Origin: Chiloscyllium plagiosum
Taxonomy: Eukaryota
Length of the DNA: 64,000 bases
Assembly (NCBI RefSeq): GCF_004010195.1
Contig: NC_057728.1
Span: 54,149,607-54,213,606, forward strand
Direction: 5' to 3'
Made by a program: the position numbers and the translations under genes
Notes under the pieces: generated by a model
The model's input: the letters and a program-made list of their open reading frames with translations, nothing else
What the model was told of the DNA's origin: nothing
The model's database searches: none
In this document: piece by piece, positions 38,278 to 53,134 of the stretch
Numbering within the stretch: position 1 is the first letter of the stretch
How the letters are laid out: each line of letters starts with the position of its first letter

Positions 38278-38519
38278 CCTCCTGAGAAAGAAGGTGGCTT
38301 GCCACGTCATGTTGGCAATAAGACAGAATGTGCCTTGTTGGGATTTATCTTGGCTTTGAAGAAAGACTACCAGGCAATACGGAATGAAATTCCAGAAGAG
38401 AAACTATTCAAAGTCTATACCTTCAACTCTGCAAGAAAATCTATGAGCACAGTTCTGAAGAACCCTGACGGTAGCTTTCGAATGTTTAGCAAGGGTGCCT
38501 CTGAGATTGTTCTTAAGAA
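38278..38519 (+). CDS. ATP2B1: PMCA exon (242 nt): [18 protein letters not shown]...KGASEIVLK (N domain)
   Basis: tttatag acceptor, AA|gtaagt donor. Confidence 0.97.
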
Positions 38520-40129
38520 GTAAGTGTAATCTGTGATGTTAATGCTTTTTGTAGGGGACTTGATAGGGATCTGATCAATGATCCAAAGGGAACATTTAAA
38601 CTGATGACCTTCTAACTGGTAATTTGGCCTCTATGCCAAGGCTACCACTAGACTTGGGAAGGAAATTTGCCTGCATAATGTAAGCCTGGGAAACTAACTT
38701 GAACAAAGTAGTTTTAGAATAAATGAAAGCTGCTTCTGAGGCTAAGGTTTTTATTTAAACACTGGGTTACTTCAACCTTTTTTTTTCAGTACTACATGTA
38801 TTGATGGAACTGAAACTGAGCACAGTATTTGTAGTGAGTGCTATTAATCTTTATTTCTGTTACCATGCATAACACAGGAAGTGCCCACGTGAGCTAAGAA
38901 CTAGTAACTTTACAAGCAACTCAAATTTATAAATTACATGCAATGTTCCTATCCCTGAGCAGTCATTCTAAATTTTGTGCAATAAAACAATTCAATTTTA
39001 TGTATTACTTTTGACCTATGCTCATCTCATTTGTTTACCATTTTCCACTCTTAATTGCCTCAAGATTCTTATGAATGCTTTAATTTCCCCACCCTGAATT
39101 TCTAATTCATTATCACAAATGATTTGCAACCTAAGTAGAACAACATTAGGTGTTATCTTGCAGATGTTCTATGAACTGAAATGCAGTACTTCAGGGGAAA
39201 GCATCTTACTCTGCAAAAACTTTTTTTCTGATTTTGCCCTAGAGTTTCAAAGTAAATACAGAAGATGCCAAGACACAGCAGGTTTAAGAAAACCAAAATG
39301 TCAGCATTTCTAATTTTGCCCTCTTAAGTATGCACCCTGAGTATTTGAGTTCCTTACAATACATTAGCATGTTTCTGAGTTTGAGATGGAGAGGGATGAG
39401 CAGTTGTAGAGGCCACCATGGCTCCCAATGTTTCTGCTGCTTCTAAGAAACTTTGTCCCCTTTTTTGATTTAAAGATTGCAGAAATTTTCATATCCAGCC
39501 AGGGCCACATTCTAGCCTTGTGCATTTTATTCACCTCTGATCATCCACAGAAGTAGATGTTCTCCGCTCCCAGATTTTTGTTTTTCTTGCATGTCTGTCT
39601 TTAATTATTCCCCTACTGGAGTTTGACTGCCGACAGCTTAGTAACTGCCTCATCAGCACATGTCCTTTTCCCCCACTGATCCAAACTAATACAAGCCCTC
39701 TTGATGCAATCAGCTATTGCATCCAGACAGAAGAATTTTAATCATGACTGATAGTAGAGACTTTGAGGGGACCAGAAGGGAGAGGTTAATTTTAACCACA
39801 AGGGAAGTAGGCAACACCTAAGAAGATGGGGATTTAAAAAATTACCAGAAATGATTTTTATTTCTAATAATTCTACGGAACAAAATTATTTGCAGGTATT
39901 CTGGTAAATATTATATGCATCCACTAATTTTGAGCAAAGGAAGAGATCTGTTCACAAGCTCTAATTTCTAAGATGCCATTTGCATGTTGTGTTGTAAGAT
40001 GTTAAATGTAAAGGTTCTTAATAGCTCACTTTAATATACAAATGAACTGAATCCTGTTCATCTTCAGTTGGTTCTAGTTTTAAGTTTTTTAAAAGGAAAA
40101 AGCTTTTATAATAACTTTCCTCTCACCAG

Positions 40130-40364
40130 GTGTTCCAAAATTTTAAACTCTAAGGGAGAGGTCAAAGATTTGAAGATTAGAGATCGTGACGATTTAGTAA
40201 AGAAAGTAATAGAGCCAATGGCTTCTGAGGGACTGCGTACCATCTGCATGGCCTTCAGAGAATTTGAAGTTGATTCTGATGTGGATTGGGATAATGAAAA
40301 TGATGTACTTTCTGATCTCACTTGTATAGCTGTAGTTGGTATTGAAGATCCTGTGAGACCAGAG
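40130..40364 (+). CDS. ATP2B1: PMCA exon (235 nt): [12 protein letters not shown]...GIEDPVRPE
   Basis: ctcaccag acceptor, GAG|gtaagt donor. Confidence 0.96.
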
Positions 40365-42334
40365 GTAAGTAAACAGTAAATGTGTTTGAGACAAGGGTAG
40401 CATTGGGGTTCTGAATTTTTAAAACCTTATCCAACATTAAGGATTTATCTGTGTTTGCACATTAGAAAAATTATTCCATGGTGACTTAATGTTCATTGTT
40501 TAGTCTTAAGAGTTTGATTACTGAAAAGTCTATTTATTTTCTTTGGGGGTTCCTGTGTATTTTTCTTGGACACTATTGAATGTTGAGAATGGAGGCAAGT
40601 GGAAATTAATTGGTGAAAAATATCCCTGTCTACTTAACTTTAGATGTTTAGATTGACTAGTGGCTGAACTGACCTCAATGCTAAAAATGAAAGCTGTTTA
40701 AAAGTATAATGACCTACTTTATTTTGAACTTTGTTTTAAAACATGGTTTTCATGCCTTTCAAGGACTTGACTACCCAATTTTTGAAGGATAACTATCTAT
40801 CAATAGTCAACCTGTATATGTAATTTTTCAACTGTTGTCTGCCATTTTTTTCCCAATTGATTTACTTTGTCATGAAGCCCTTACATTTTCAGTCTAACAC
40901 TTGTCAAAAAGTCTCGTGTTTAAATATTAAAGGCCTACAATGGAATTTGAATTGAGAATGTTCTATAAATTAGTTGCACTGTTTTGACTTGACACTTTAT
41001 GGGTGTAATGTGGGTAACATTTTGGCTATAGATGCTCAAGGTAACTTACTTTAAAATGTTATAGTTTTCTGGTAGTCAATACCAGTAATTGAGGCCCAAA
41101 ATGTGCTGGAAATATTAAATCCTACTGGATTTTTAATTTCCAGTTAACTGAAACCTATAGTTACAAGGACACTATTGCTTAGACTCAATTTATCATAACC
41201 TAATCTGATTTGATGTCCTCTTGGGACCTTTTTTAGTGTATATGACAGAAGTTCTTGATCAGTAAGGGGATCACATATTATAGGAAGAAGGAAAGAGAAT
41301 GGGGTTGAGAAATAAAAGCCAGAACCAAATGGCAGAGCAGACCTTGAGCTGAATGACCTATCTTAGCTCTTATATCTTGTGGTTTTGTGGCAGGAAAACA
41401 ATCCTTTTCATGATCTGTGTGGCGCAGACCCATACTGATGTAATTGGTTCCCTCCTTCAGAAATAGACCGAGCAAGCCATTTATCCTATAATTTGTTTAA
41501 ACATTTTTGAAGTGAATGTCCTCAGTGTTGCAATTAAAATGCATGATCTAGAGAAAATAATTATTTCTGAAATTTGCTAAATTCAGCAGCTACAGAAACA
41601 TGATCCAAAAGCTGGTAAATATTTCAGATTTATTTACTAAAAGATGCATTGTCCTATATCCTGCATTTGCATAACACCTTTAATGCAGTGTAACATTGTG
41701 GTGATAAGAGTATTATCTAACAGTTTGATCTACAAGAAGTGACCAAAAGATTTGTTCTTTGTTAGAGGAAGGTCTCAGCATTACAAGTAAGAGGAACAGG
41801 AAAGGTTTGGGAAGAGAATAACAGGGCTCAGGCCTTTGTTAGATTGCTTCATTACTGATAGTCATGCCATGAAAATCAGGGATGCTGAAAAGGCTGGAAT
41901 TGGATAAGAAAGTACAGATTTCATTGGAAGGAGCAAGGATTTGAAAATGTGGATTATGAAAAGATTAATCTGCCCACAGGTCAGTTTAGAGGATTGAATA
42001 TGGAAATCAGCCAATAGTGCACTGGAATGTCAATGTGCTTTATTTCTAAGAAATCTAATTTATAGTGATACTCCACTTTAAGTGTCACCCATTGATTTTA
42101 ATGGGATCACACATTAGTGAATCAATACGATCAATAAATGTCTTTGAAAATTTAATTCCATTTAACAGGTTATTTTAGAGCTGGAGTGATGTACAAGATG
42201 TTTTTGTTTTAACTAAAACTTTTGTGCAAGCTTAGTATGAAGTGTTTTTTTTTGTTTTGAAGGGTAATCCATGTCAGAATAAATCATTGTCAAGTCACGA
42301 AAGTTGTGTTTCTAAATTGGTATCAGCATTCACA

Positions 42335-44450
42335 ATAGCATTAATTAGGCAGGAGCTGGGAAATTTGGATTGGACACAGCTATTTGAAGGGAAACCCACA
42401 CTTAACCTATCGTTGAAAGCCTCTCATCTTAACGGCAGTGCAGGATAGGCATGTCCCATTTGAAGGCAAAGGATAGGAAGGGCAAGATTTGTGAACCGTG
42501 GATGACGGGAGAAATTGTGCGACTAGCCAAGAGGAAAAGGGAAGCGTACATAAGGTCTAGGCAGCTGAGAACAGAACTGGCCCTGGAGGAATATTGGAAG
42601 AGTAGGACAAGCCTTAAACAACAAATCAAGCGGGCTAAAAGGGGTCATGAAATAGCTTTAGCTAGCAGAATTAAGGAAAATTTATATAATATGCAAGCAG
42701 GTAACTAGAGCAAGGATTGGTCCACAAAAGGTAATGAAGGAAGGCTGTGTGCAGAACCTGAGAGAATGGGTGAGATTCTGAATGATTACTTTGCATCAGT
42801 GTTCACTGAGGAGAGGAACATGATGAATGTTGAGATTAGAGATAGAAGTTTGATTAGTCTGGATCATGTTGACATAAGTAGGGAAGATGTGTCGGGTAGG
42901 CTAGAGGTTAAGGTGGACAAATCCCCAGGACTGGATGGGATCTATCCCAGGTTGCTGAGGGAGGTGAGAGGAAATAGCTGGGGCCCTGACATCTTTGTGG
43001 CATCCTTAAATACAGGTGAGGTGCTGGAGGACTGGAAGGTTGCTCATCTTGTCCCACTGTACAAGGGTAGTGGGGATATTCTGGGTAACTACAAACCAGT
43101 GAGCCTGATGTCTGTGTTGGGGAAGTTGCTGGAAAGGGTACTGAGAGATAAGCTCATTCCTTTCCAAATAGGAATAGATCCTATCAGTGATGGGCAACAT
43201 GGTTTTGTGTGGGAGAGATCATGCCTTACCAACTTGATAAGAGTTCTTTGAGGAAGTGACCAAGTTGTTAAATGAAGGGCTGTTGATGTCATATACATGG
43301 ACTTTAGTAAGGCGTTTTGATAAGGTTCCCCATGGTAGACTAATGGAGAAAGTGAAGTCCTATGGTGTGCAGGGTGTTCTAGCTAGGTGTTCAAAGAACT
43401 GGTTGAGCACCAGGAGACAGTTGAAGGGAGTTTCTTGAAATGGAGAAAGGTGACCAGTGGTGTTCCACAGGGGTCAGTGTTGGGGCCACTGTTTTGTAAT
43501 ATACATAAATGATCTAGAAGAGGGCACTGTTAGTGTGATCAAGTTTGCAGATGACACTAAGATTGGTGGACTGGCAGAAAGCATAAGGGACTGGCAGAGA
43601 ATACAGGAGGATATAGATAGACTGGAGAGTTGGGCGGAAAAGTGGCAATGGCTTTCAATCCAGACAAATGGGAGGTGATGCATTTAGGAAAGTAATTCTG
43701 GAGCAAATTCTACAATGAACGGAAGAGCCTTGAAAAGTTGGGCAGAGAGATCTGGGAGTGCAGATCCATTCAACTCTGAAGGTTGCTGCACAGGTGGATA
43801 CTAGTCAAGAAGGCATACAGTATGCTTGCCTTCAACAGACTGGGTATTTAGTATAAGGGCTGGCAAGTCGTCTTAACGTTGTACAAGACCTTGGTTCGGC
43901 TGTATTTAGAATATTGTGTACAGTTCTGGTCACTACCAAAAGGATGTAGATGTTTTGGAGAGGGTGCAGAGAAGGTTTACGAGGATGTTGCTTGGTATGG
44001 AAGGTGCTCGCTATGAAGGGGTTGAGTAGGTTAGGTTTATTTTCACTAGGAAAAAAGGAGATTATGGGGGGGGGGGGACCTGATTTGAGATTTACAAAAT
44101 CATGAAGGGTATAGACAGGGTGAATAGAGACCCAGCCTTTTCCCAGGGCGAAGGATTCCATAATGAGAGGTCTTGTTTTCAAGATGAGAGGTGGAAAGTT
44201 TTTTTTTTAAGGGGGATATACACGGCAAGTACTTCACACAGAGGGTGGTGGGCATTTGGAACACGTTGCCAGCAGAGGTGGTATAGGCAGTTAAGATGCG
44301 TCTGGACAGATGCATGAGTAGGTGGGGAGCAGAGGGATGCAAATGCTTAGGAATTGACCAACCGGTTTAGTCAGTACATTTGGATCAGCTCTGGCTTGGA
44401 AGGCCGAATGGCCTGTTCCTGGGCTGTAAGTTTTCTTTGCTTTTTGTTCT
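42335..44450 (+). mobile_element. CR1-clade LINE, ORF2 RT domain, frameshifted
   Basis: KSPGLDGIYPRLL, NYKPVSLMS, QHGF..RSCLTNL, FDKVPH and IKFADDTK. Confidence 0.95.
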
Positions 44451-45542
44451 AATTCAGCAAATTAGACATAATTGAACTTTATGGAATTAAACAGTTTGTG
44501 GAGTTGTCACCTTTTCATGTTTTGAGGTGGGTGCCAGGAAACTTTGCAATAAATAAGCAACAGTCATTCATGCCATAGAGCCTTGGACAATAATGTTGTA
44601 TGCCCTAGATGTTATCAACCAACTCCAGCCACCCTATTTGTGGTTCTGAAGTGTCCTTCACTTTATTTAATCCTCAGTCACGAAGTGGTCATTGTTTAGT
44701 GTTTTGGCAAGTGTTTAAAGGTATAAAGAACCAAAATAATCTGGTTCTTGGTTTTGGTATGCTTTCAGCTACAGGAGGATTTTCCCATTAATTATTGCTT
44801 TGCTTAATCATAGTGACATATGAAATGCTGCTTTTATGTTGAGAACCTGCTATCACCTTCATATCCATGGTGTTAATGCCATGGTGAAGTTTTGAATCTG
44901 ATGCAAGATCTATAGTGAGCAGATAGTTTTAATGGCAATTTTTAAGGCCACCTATCTCCTAATGGAGAACAACTGTTAATTACCAATATTGCATTTGTCC
45001 CACTTTTCAGATGGTATTATCGTTTTTAACGTTGGTATGGCATTTATTGTTAATAGTGCTTTAATCTCATTTGGGAATTTGGGTCTGTCTTCTGGGGCAA
45101 ATGAACAGAGTGGAAATTTGCATATCAGACCACTCTTGGCATTTGACTCTTCTGGATAACAGTTGTAATCCACAATTAAGAACACTTCCAGAAATTAAAA
45201 CTTAGCATCTTTGGACTAAGATGTTGAACATCGTGGACTTGTTGGGCCAACGGGTCTGTTTCCACTGTGTAGGGAATCTGATCTAGTCTAGAAGAAAGTT
45301 TGCTAAACATCAGCACTTGAGAATTCTTGGAATAATGCCTATTAAATGTAGCAGGTGAAACATTCAGTCCACTGCATTGAAGAGATTTCAAATCTGCTTG
45401 TGAACTGAACCAATGTGCAAATTGGTTGTATTAGGGAAAAGTAAAAGTTGTCATTGAGACCAATGTAATAAAATCTGTAAGTAGACAACTATGTAATGAA
45501 ATTCTGGAATCCAGTGTTGCATAAACAATGAATAATCACTAT

Positions 45543-47100
45543 TAGTCAGTTGTAGAGATGTACAGCATAGAAACAGACCCTTCAGACCAACCCGTCCATG
45601 CTGACCAGATATCCTAACTTAATCTAGTCCCACTTGCCAGCACCTAGCCCATATCCCTCCAAACCCTTCCTATTCATACACCCATCCAAATGCCTCTTAA
45701 ATGTTGCAATTGTACCAGCCTCCACCACATCCTCTGGCAGCTCATTCCATAAGCATACCACCCTCTGGAAAAAGTTGCCCCTCGGTCTTTTTGACTCCAC
45801 TCCAGGGAAAATGCCTTTTTGTCTATTTATCCTATCCTTTCCCTTGACTTCACAAGTAACCTCTAGAAGATCACCACTCCGCCTCCGACGCTCCGGGAAA
45901 ACAGCCCCAGTCTATTCAACTTCTCCCTATAGCTCAAATCCTCAAACCCTGGCAACATCCTTGTCAGTATTTTCTGGACCCTTTCAAGTTTCACAACATC
46001 TTTCCATTAGGAAAGAGACCAGAATTGCACGCAATGTTCCAACAGTGGCCTAACCAATGTCCTGTATAACCACATGACCTCCCAACTCCTGTGCTCCATA
46101 CTCTGACCAATAAAGGAAAGCGTACCAAATGCTGCCTTCACTATCCTATCTACCTGTGACTCCACTTTCAAGGAGCTATGAACCTGCACTCCAAGGTCTC
46201 TTTGTTCAGCAACACTCCCTTGGACCTTACCATTAAGTGTATAAGTCGTGCTAAGATTTGCTTTCCCACAATGCAGCACCTTGCATTTATCTAAATTAAA
46301 CTCCATCTGCCATTCCTCAGCCCACAGGCCCATCTGATCAAGATCCCATTATAATCTGAGGTAACCTTCTTTGCTGTGCACCATGTCTCAAATTTGGTGT
46401 CATCTGCAAACTTGGCTAACTATACCTCTCTCTTTGTATATGATTTGGATGTGAATATGAATTATGAAATATAGTGGACCTGGCACTGATTTTTGTGGCA
46501 CTCCACTGGTCACCAGGCCTCCAATATGAAAAACCACCCACCACCCTGTCTTCTACCTCTTTTGATCCAGTTCTGTATCCGAATGGCTAGTTCCCCCTGT
46601 ATTCCATGAGATCTAACCTTACTAACCAGTCTCCCATGGGGAACATGTCTAATGCCTTACTGAAGTGCATAGATCACATTCATCACTCTACCCTCTTCAA
46701 TTGTTTATTACTACTAAAAAAAACTCAAGTTTGAGGCACCATTTTTCCATGCACAAAGCCATGTTGACACTTCTTGATCAGTCTTTGCCTTTCCAAATAA
46801 ATGTACATGTTTGTCCTTCCAACAAGTTGCCCACTACTGATGTCAGGCTCACTGGTCTATAGTTCCCTGGCTTGCCTTTACCACCTTTCTTAAACAGTGG
46901 CACCCCATTAGCCAACCTCCAGTCTTCCACTACCTCACCTGTGACTATCGATGATACAAACGTCCCAGCAAGGGACCCAGCAATCGCTTCCCTGGCTTTC
47001 CACAGTTCTAAGGTATTTCTGAACAGCTCCTGGAGATTTATCCACTTTGTTTGAAGACATCCAGCACTTCCTCTAATATGGGTATTTTTCAAGATGTCAC
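45543..47100 (-). mobile_element. CR1/HER1 LINE, ORF2 with internal deletions
   Basis: GNYRPVSLTSVVG, WAEEWQMEFNLDKCKVLH and LYRTLVRPLLE. Confidence 0.93.
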
Positions 47101-50100
47101 CATCCATTTCCTTTCATTTTGAATAGCAAACAATGAGCACCATTAGAACTATATCACCAGGTCACCTTCATTAAGTGTATGGGAAGGGAGAGAACGGAAA
47201 TATTCAAGTCCGGCAACCTCTTTGGAGAGAGAATCAAACATTTTCAAGTCCATATTTTACAAAGTGAAAAGTTACCTTCATGTACCACCTTTAATGTTTG
47301 AGCAACAAGTAAAGTTAGCAGTTTCATCTAGTCACTACACAGTGAGTGGTGCTTACCACTAATTGGATGCTGCTGTCAAAGTTCTGCCTATCACAAGTAA
47401 ACTACGTGAATTTCAGTGCTGTTCATGCCAAGTACATAAGCTGTATGCCCAAAAGATTGACAGATCATATAAGCATCATATCTCTTGCAATAAGGTACTG
47501 ACTGTAACCAAACAACGCACATCTTATCTTGCAACAGTATCTAACACGAGATGTGGTTCCCCACTTGAATGGGGAATTGCTGGGATAATCTGAATATGCA
47601 AGGCATTACACTGACTTTTCGGCAATAAATATTTTGAAAATGTCTCAATGTGCCCACCCAAATTTTAAATTGCATTTCATTCTAGATCTGGGTGGCTCAC
47701 ATGTACCATAGGTGCAGCTTACATGAAACCCTGTATATTCGCAAGAGAACATGTACCCACATAGTACCCATTTTAACATAACAAGATCGGTGCCATCTGT
47801 TTAATTTTTCAGGCAGTACCTTGTCAAGTCAAAGCTAATTTGACTGGTTTAAATGTAAATTAGTATTAATGGTTGCATTCCCTGGGCAACATCTCTACTA
47901 ATCAGCACTGTCCTCTTGCAGCATAAGTAAAGTTTTTCCCCTTGAATTTGTCATATTACAAAATTTCCTGTGAGAGACATCTTGAATATCTATTTTCAGC
48001 TAGACAATCATGCTAAGGGTTACCTCTTGCACACAAAAGCAAAAATATTAATCTCCATGTTTAGCCCACAACAAAAGTATCTGTCGTCTTATGAGCAGTG
48101 CTCTTATCAAATCAGCTCATTACATTTTTGGTGAATTAATCAATATATTGAAATATTGAGTAATGAAATTCTGATAGTCTGTTTACAGCGTTTCTTGAAT
48201 GAGTTGAGCAAGACCGGCAGCAGTCAGTACAACCATTGAGATTTGACTGCGGTAATAAGTTGGTTACCTCAAATGTAATGTTTAACTGTTGAATCTTTTT
48301 TTTTAATAGTCATCTTTTTTAGACTGAATTTGAGATTCATTTTCTTCGGTAGGTGATTGGTATAATGTGACATTTCTCTGCATGTTTTTGGCATAAGATA
48401 ACTTTTTTTTTGTGTTACTCTTGTTTCCCTTGCTGTACATGTTGCACCAAACCAAAGCAGCATAAATAGGGACATCCAGTCAAGACACTGCCTCCCCAGA
48501 ATTTTTCTCAATATAAGCCAGTGAGTCTAATCCTGCAATTCTGCCCCTCCCAGTTAGGGGAAGGTTACTTTCCCCACCAGCTGTTCCTGTGCTACTTGGC
48601 TAGCCCATGTTTTTGGAATTCAGTGTTTAAACATGAATATGCTTTTGTGCTGGAACTGTAATGCAATGTCTGAACAAATAATTTGTTAATCTAGTTGAAT
48701 TAATTTCCTTTTGTGAAAAATAAGCACCATTTTGCGACTCAATAAGAATCCAGACAGAGTCCACATCCTGAATGAAGAAATTATGCTGGTTCAAATAATT
48801 TCAACTAGTGTTTCTTTAAATTGTTCCTGTTTCAAATTTTAGTACTTGTTAACACCAAGGGAGAACAGAACTACATTAATATTAAAAATTATTTTTCAGG
48901 CACAGTTGAAATATTCCTTCACTGAAAAATTGCTTTTGCCAGTCAAAAGACATAGCCTTTTGCAAAGTAATAACACTTTCAATCCCTGTAGTGACCTAGA
49001 GGTGAGTGACCAGTTTAAAAAGTGTTGAAATATGATCTTTCAGTTTCCTTCAGAAAATTCAAGTTTAAAGACTTTTTTAAACCATACACTTAAAATTTGA
49101 ATAAACACATTCAGGGAAAAACCTGTACTTCACAGAAAAGGTGAACCCAATTAACACCAATTGTGAAAATCTTCGTTCTTCAACTGTGTATTTAAGCAGG
49201 CATACTAGTAAATTCCTGGAACAGGTTCAAAATGATTCCAAGGACTGTCCTGCTTATCTTTTCTAGCTGGGACAACATCTAATCCCTGAATCGGTTTTCA
49301 TGGTGAGGGATGGGTGAGAGAATCTTTCAGGCTCATTTAAACTCTCCTCCACCCATGTGAGCTTTAATCCACATTACATTGAACCATAATGATTCATTGC
49401 CTCAGTCTTGTTTCTTATAAATTCTGAAATCTCATCTGGAACCTAATATGGTATCTCTCTCTTAAATTCTGGACTCCAACCAGAGAAAACCTCTTACCTA
49501 CACTTCCCCTGTCTTATCGCTTTAAGTATTTTGTGGATTTCATTCTTAACACTAAGAACAGAGGCCCAATTTACCAGATCTCGTCATACTACTGTTCCCA
49601 GAATGTACTCCCTCTGATAGGTTTCCTCAAATAGGGTCAATATATTTGAGGAAATCTCAAGTTAATCCTATAGTGACTTCGTATAGATTCTTTCCTCAGG
49701 GCCCCAATTTATAACAGTGCAAGTCATATGGACCTTCTCCCCAAGTGGAAATGATCACTGACTTTTCACTGAAGCTCTAACTCTGCCCTGTACTTTAAAC
49801 TATATATTCAATCCAACTAGACAACTCGACATTCCTAACATGCTTCTGGGATGCTTCATGACCGAGTCTGTCCACTGCCAGCACAATCATTTGGGTCACT
49901 GTTTACAGATTTAAGTATCTTGTGGCTTCCTTCAGATGTTTTGAAGTTTGAGGCCAACCTGCTGCAGTCTGTGGTTTTGACTTCCTGTTTGAGGAAACCG
50001 ACCTCCATAGAGGGAGTGCAACAAAGATCCACCAGTCCTAAGAAGTTTGGCAAATTAGGCCTGTGTTGTAAAGGTTTTGAAGAATGAAAGGTGATGTATT

Positions 50101-50809
50101 GCAATTTACAAAATACTTAAGGGACAGACAGGGAGGTGCATGTAAGGAGGCTTCCTCACCCCCCCCCCCTCGAGGGGAGGTTGCTAGATCTGCAGATTCC
50201 CATAAATGCCATTTTATGTACTGTGGGCAAAGGGCTTTTAAGAGTCATGATTGTATTAAACAATCGAGCGAGCTGACTGGCCCATTCCTACTTAAACTAC
50301 CTGAGCCCAGCCAACCGGGATGCTTGTCAACTGTGTTCTGAGCATTCTGAAACTTGAAACAAACATTGCTTTGCAAATGCAAAGTTTAAAACTGTGCTAT
50401 TCTAGACTAGTGACAGCTGCTGAGCCCAAGGGTAAGCCTGGACCTAAAGTATTCACTTTTTTTTAGATGAAAATTCCCTGTACCTGTTGTGAACTACTAA
50501 AATGTGTTGTAATTTTCTGTTTTACTAATTCTAAACCACTAGTGAAACAAATTCCCTTATGCTTAAAATCAGTCGTTGTATGTATTTCAGTTCATGTATG
50601 CATGTGGCATGACCAAAAGTATGAAGTAAATTTTCATTATTGGTTAATATTTCTGTGGATTTGTTTTTGTCCATCAGGAGACTAGTTCAGCATTGAGGTG
50701 AATTGCTTCACTACTGTGGATATTCCAAGTGTATTCGTTCTAAGTCTCTCCTAAATGTACTAACTTGTACACTTTTTTGTGTGTGTGTTCTTAAAAGACT
50801 AATGTTCAA

Positions 50810-52300
50810 CTGGAGAGGAGTTAGATTTACCAGGATGTTGCTGGGTTGGGAGGCTGGGATTTTTTCACTGAAACATAGATCGAGGTGACCTATATAGAGG
50901 CTAATAAAATGGGTATACATAGTGAATGGTGAGGATTTTTAAGGTGAGGGGAGAAAGATTTAAAGACATGAGGCAATTTTGTTTTTTAGTAATTCACGTA
51001 TGGGATGATACATAGGAAGTGATGGATATGGCCAGTCACAGCATTTAAAAGACCTATTTGTATTACTACATGAATGGAAATGTTTGGAGGGATATGGGCC
51101 AGGAGCAGGCAGGGGAGACTATTTATTTAGTTTGGGATTATGGCTGGCATGGACTGGAGAATTGCCAACATAATAGGTGGCTATTTTTAAAGTGTGTATT
51201 CTTATAAGCCAAGGAAATATATAGGTCAATCAGAGAACCTTCTGAAAACAAGTTAGAACAAAAGGTATGGACAAATGAAAATTAGCATAGATTTCTCAAG
51301 CCAGTATTGTGCTTTTTTAGTTTGAGTTTTGTTTTATGGTAATAGTTTGACCATGGCATTCTGTGGTTGGCACAACAGACTTGAGCAAAAGTAACAATCA
51401 TGGACTAAAGGATGCACTGGTTAATCAGACAATTGCAGTGTGCTGGGAAACCAAATACTAGTTAATGAATTCCTGTTTTTACAGGCTGGTAAAACTTTTT
51501 CAGCAAAGTTTCCCCAGAGTTGGCATTGGGACTTTGTTATAAAATTTTTAAACTTGTAATTATAACCCTCTGAGAAACTTGTAAATTATGTGAAACTTGA
51601 AACTATTGTGAATGGAGGACAATGATGTAAAATTTCAAAAGGACATATCTACATTGTGGGCAGACATGTAGCAGATGAACTTCAGTGCAGCGAAGTGATG
51701 TCACACATTATGACCAAGAGTATCATAGACAATCAAAAATGAAGCGGTTTTGGGGAGGCAGGAGCAGAGGAGCCTGAGTCTAGGTAAGCACATAGCAGGA
51801 GTAGTTGAGCTGTTAAATAATGCAGTAACCTAAGTGTTCATGCATTGTATTAAAAAAGTAGTCTGAATTTGTGTAAGACGTTAGCTCAGCTTTTGCTAGA
51901 GTATTTGCTTTTGGGTGCAACACTTCAAGGCATTGGAGAGTGGAGAAGTGGTTTGAGAATGACAACTGATGAGGAATCTAAGAAGCTAGCACTCTCTACT
52001 TGGAAAGAAGACAGGTGATTCAGTTAACTTGAATCACGGGGGTCCAGACATAATGGAAGAGACTTCCCCACAAGAAGATTAAGAACAAGATACTTACAGC
52101 TATAAATTGAAAATATTTTCAAAGTGGTTAGTGTCTGAAAAGCACTAGCTGAGTGAAGGCAGGTTTAATTGAGGTAATTGAAAAGGAATTAGAAAGTTAA
52201 TTAAAATGTGTGGGATTAGAGGAAAAAGCCAGGAGTGTACAGCATAGGTGAAATGCACATTTGAATAATCAATGCTGCAGAGCTGCCATCTTTACTGCAA
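50810..52300 (+). mobile_element. Decayed CR1 fragments (3' end about 50810-51160; older RT remnant about 51400-52300)
   Basis: gatttaccaggatgttgctggg and gcagatgaacttcagtgcagcgaagtg (QMNF..K). Confidence 0.6.
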
Positions 52301-53134
52301 TCATTTGTGATCTAAAGTCTTTTTTGTGGAAATTTAAGTCCAAATTAGCCTCTTAATGTCCACATCAAGATTTGTGAAATCATTTTATTAATTATCTAAC
52401 GTTGCTCTGAACTAGCCACCAATTTGAACTGGTGGGATGTAACTGACTTGTAAAGGATGACTGTTGGCAAAACTTGGAATCACGTTAGGCTTTTTTTTAA
52501 ACCTAAAGGGCATAATGAACTCTCTTTGCAGTGTTCTGATAGCTTGTACCTTAAAATTGATGCTGGATTCTTTTGTCTAACCATTCAAATGCTCAAGCTA
52601 GTATGTCAATGATACAGCTACAATAAAAACAATATTGCTGATGCTAGAAATGAGAAATAAAAAAAAAGTGAAGATATTATAGCATCTATGGAGAGTATTG
52701 ATGTTTGAGCCTTTCAGAATTTCTTTGTTAACATGATGTTACCAGATTGTGTAATTCCAGCATTTTGTTTCCATTTAGTAATAAGTCTGGCACTGTAGTT
52801 GTCATGGAGAATGATGAAACAGTAAAAATAATGGTATGGGGGAAGTTTAGCTCCTTGAGACTTGACAGTTTAGAGAATACACCCAAAGGTTAAAGGGAAT
52901 TTTCAGACCTCAAAGTGATATTAAATGGTGGTATGAATTTTTAAATGGTAGTGCACCTTTTTAAAATTTTACCAGGCAGCAGTGGTACCTTTTTAATGTG
53001 CAAATAGTTACTAAAAGAACAAAGTGGCTACAATAGGGAGATTTTAAATTTGCACCAAGATTGGCAGAATACAAAAATGTTGATCTCTGGTTGCAGTGCA
53101 AGTTAAAAGTTTCCTTTTTAAAAAAAAACCTTTT

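Noticed and set aside
50190..50620. Possible solo LTR or cryptic exon (AAGG|gtaagc donor near 50431)
   Set aside because: No clear termini, TSD, acceptor or PMCA-like coding content.
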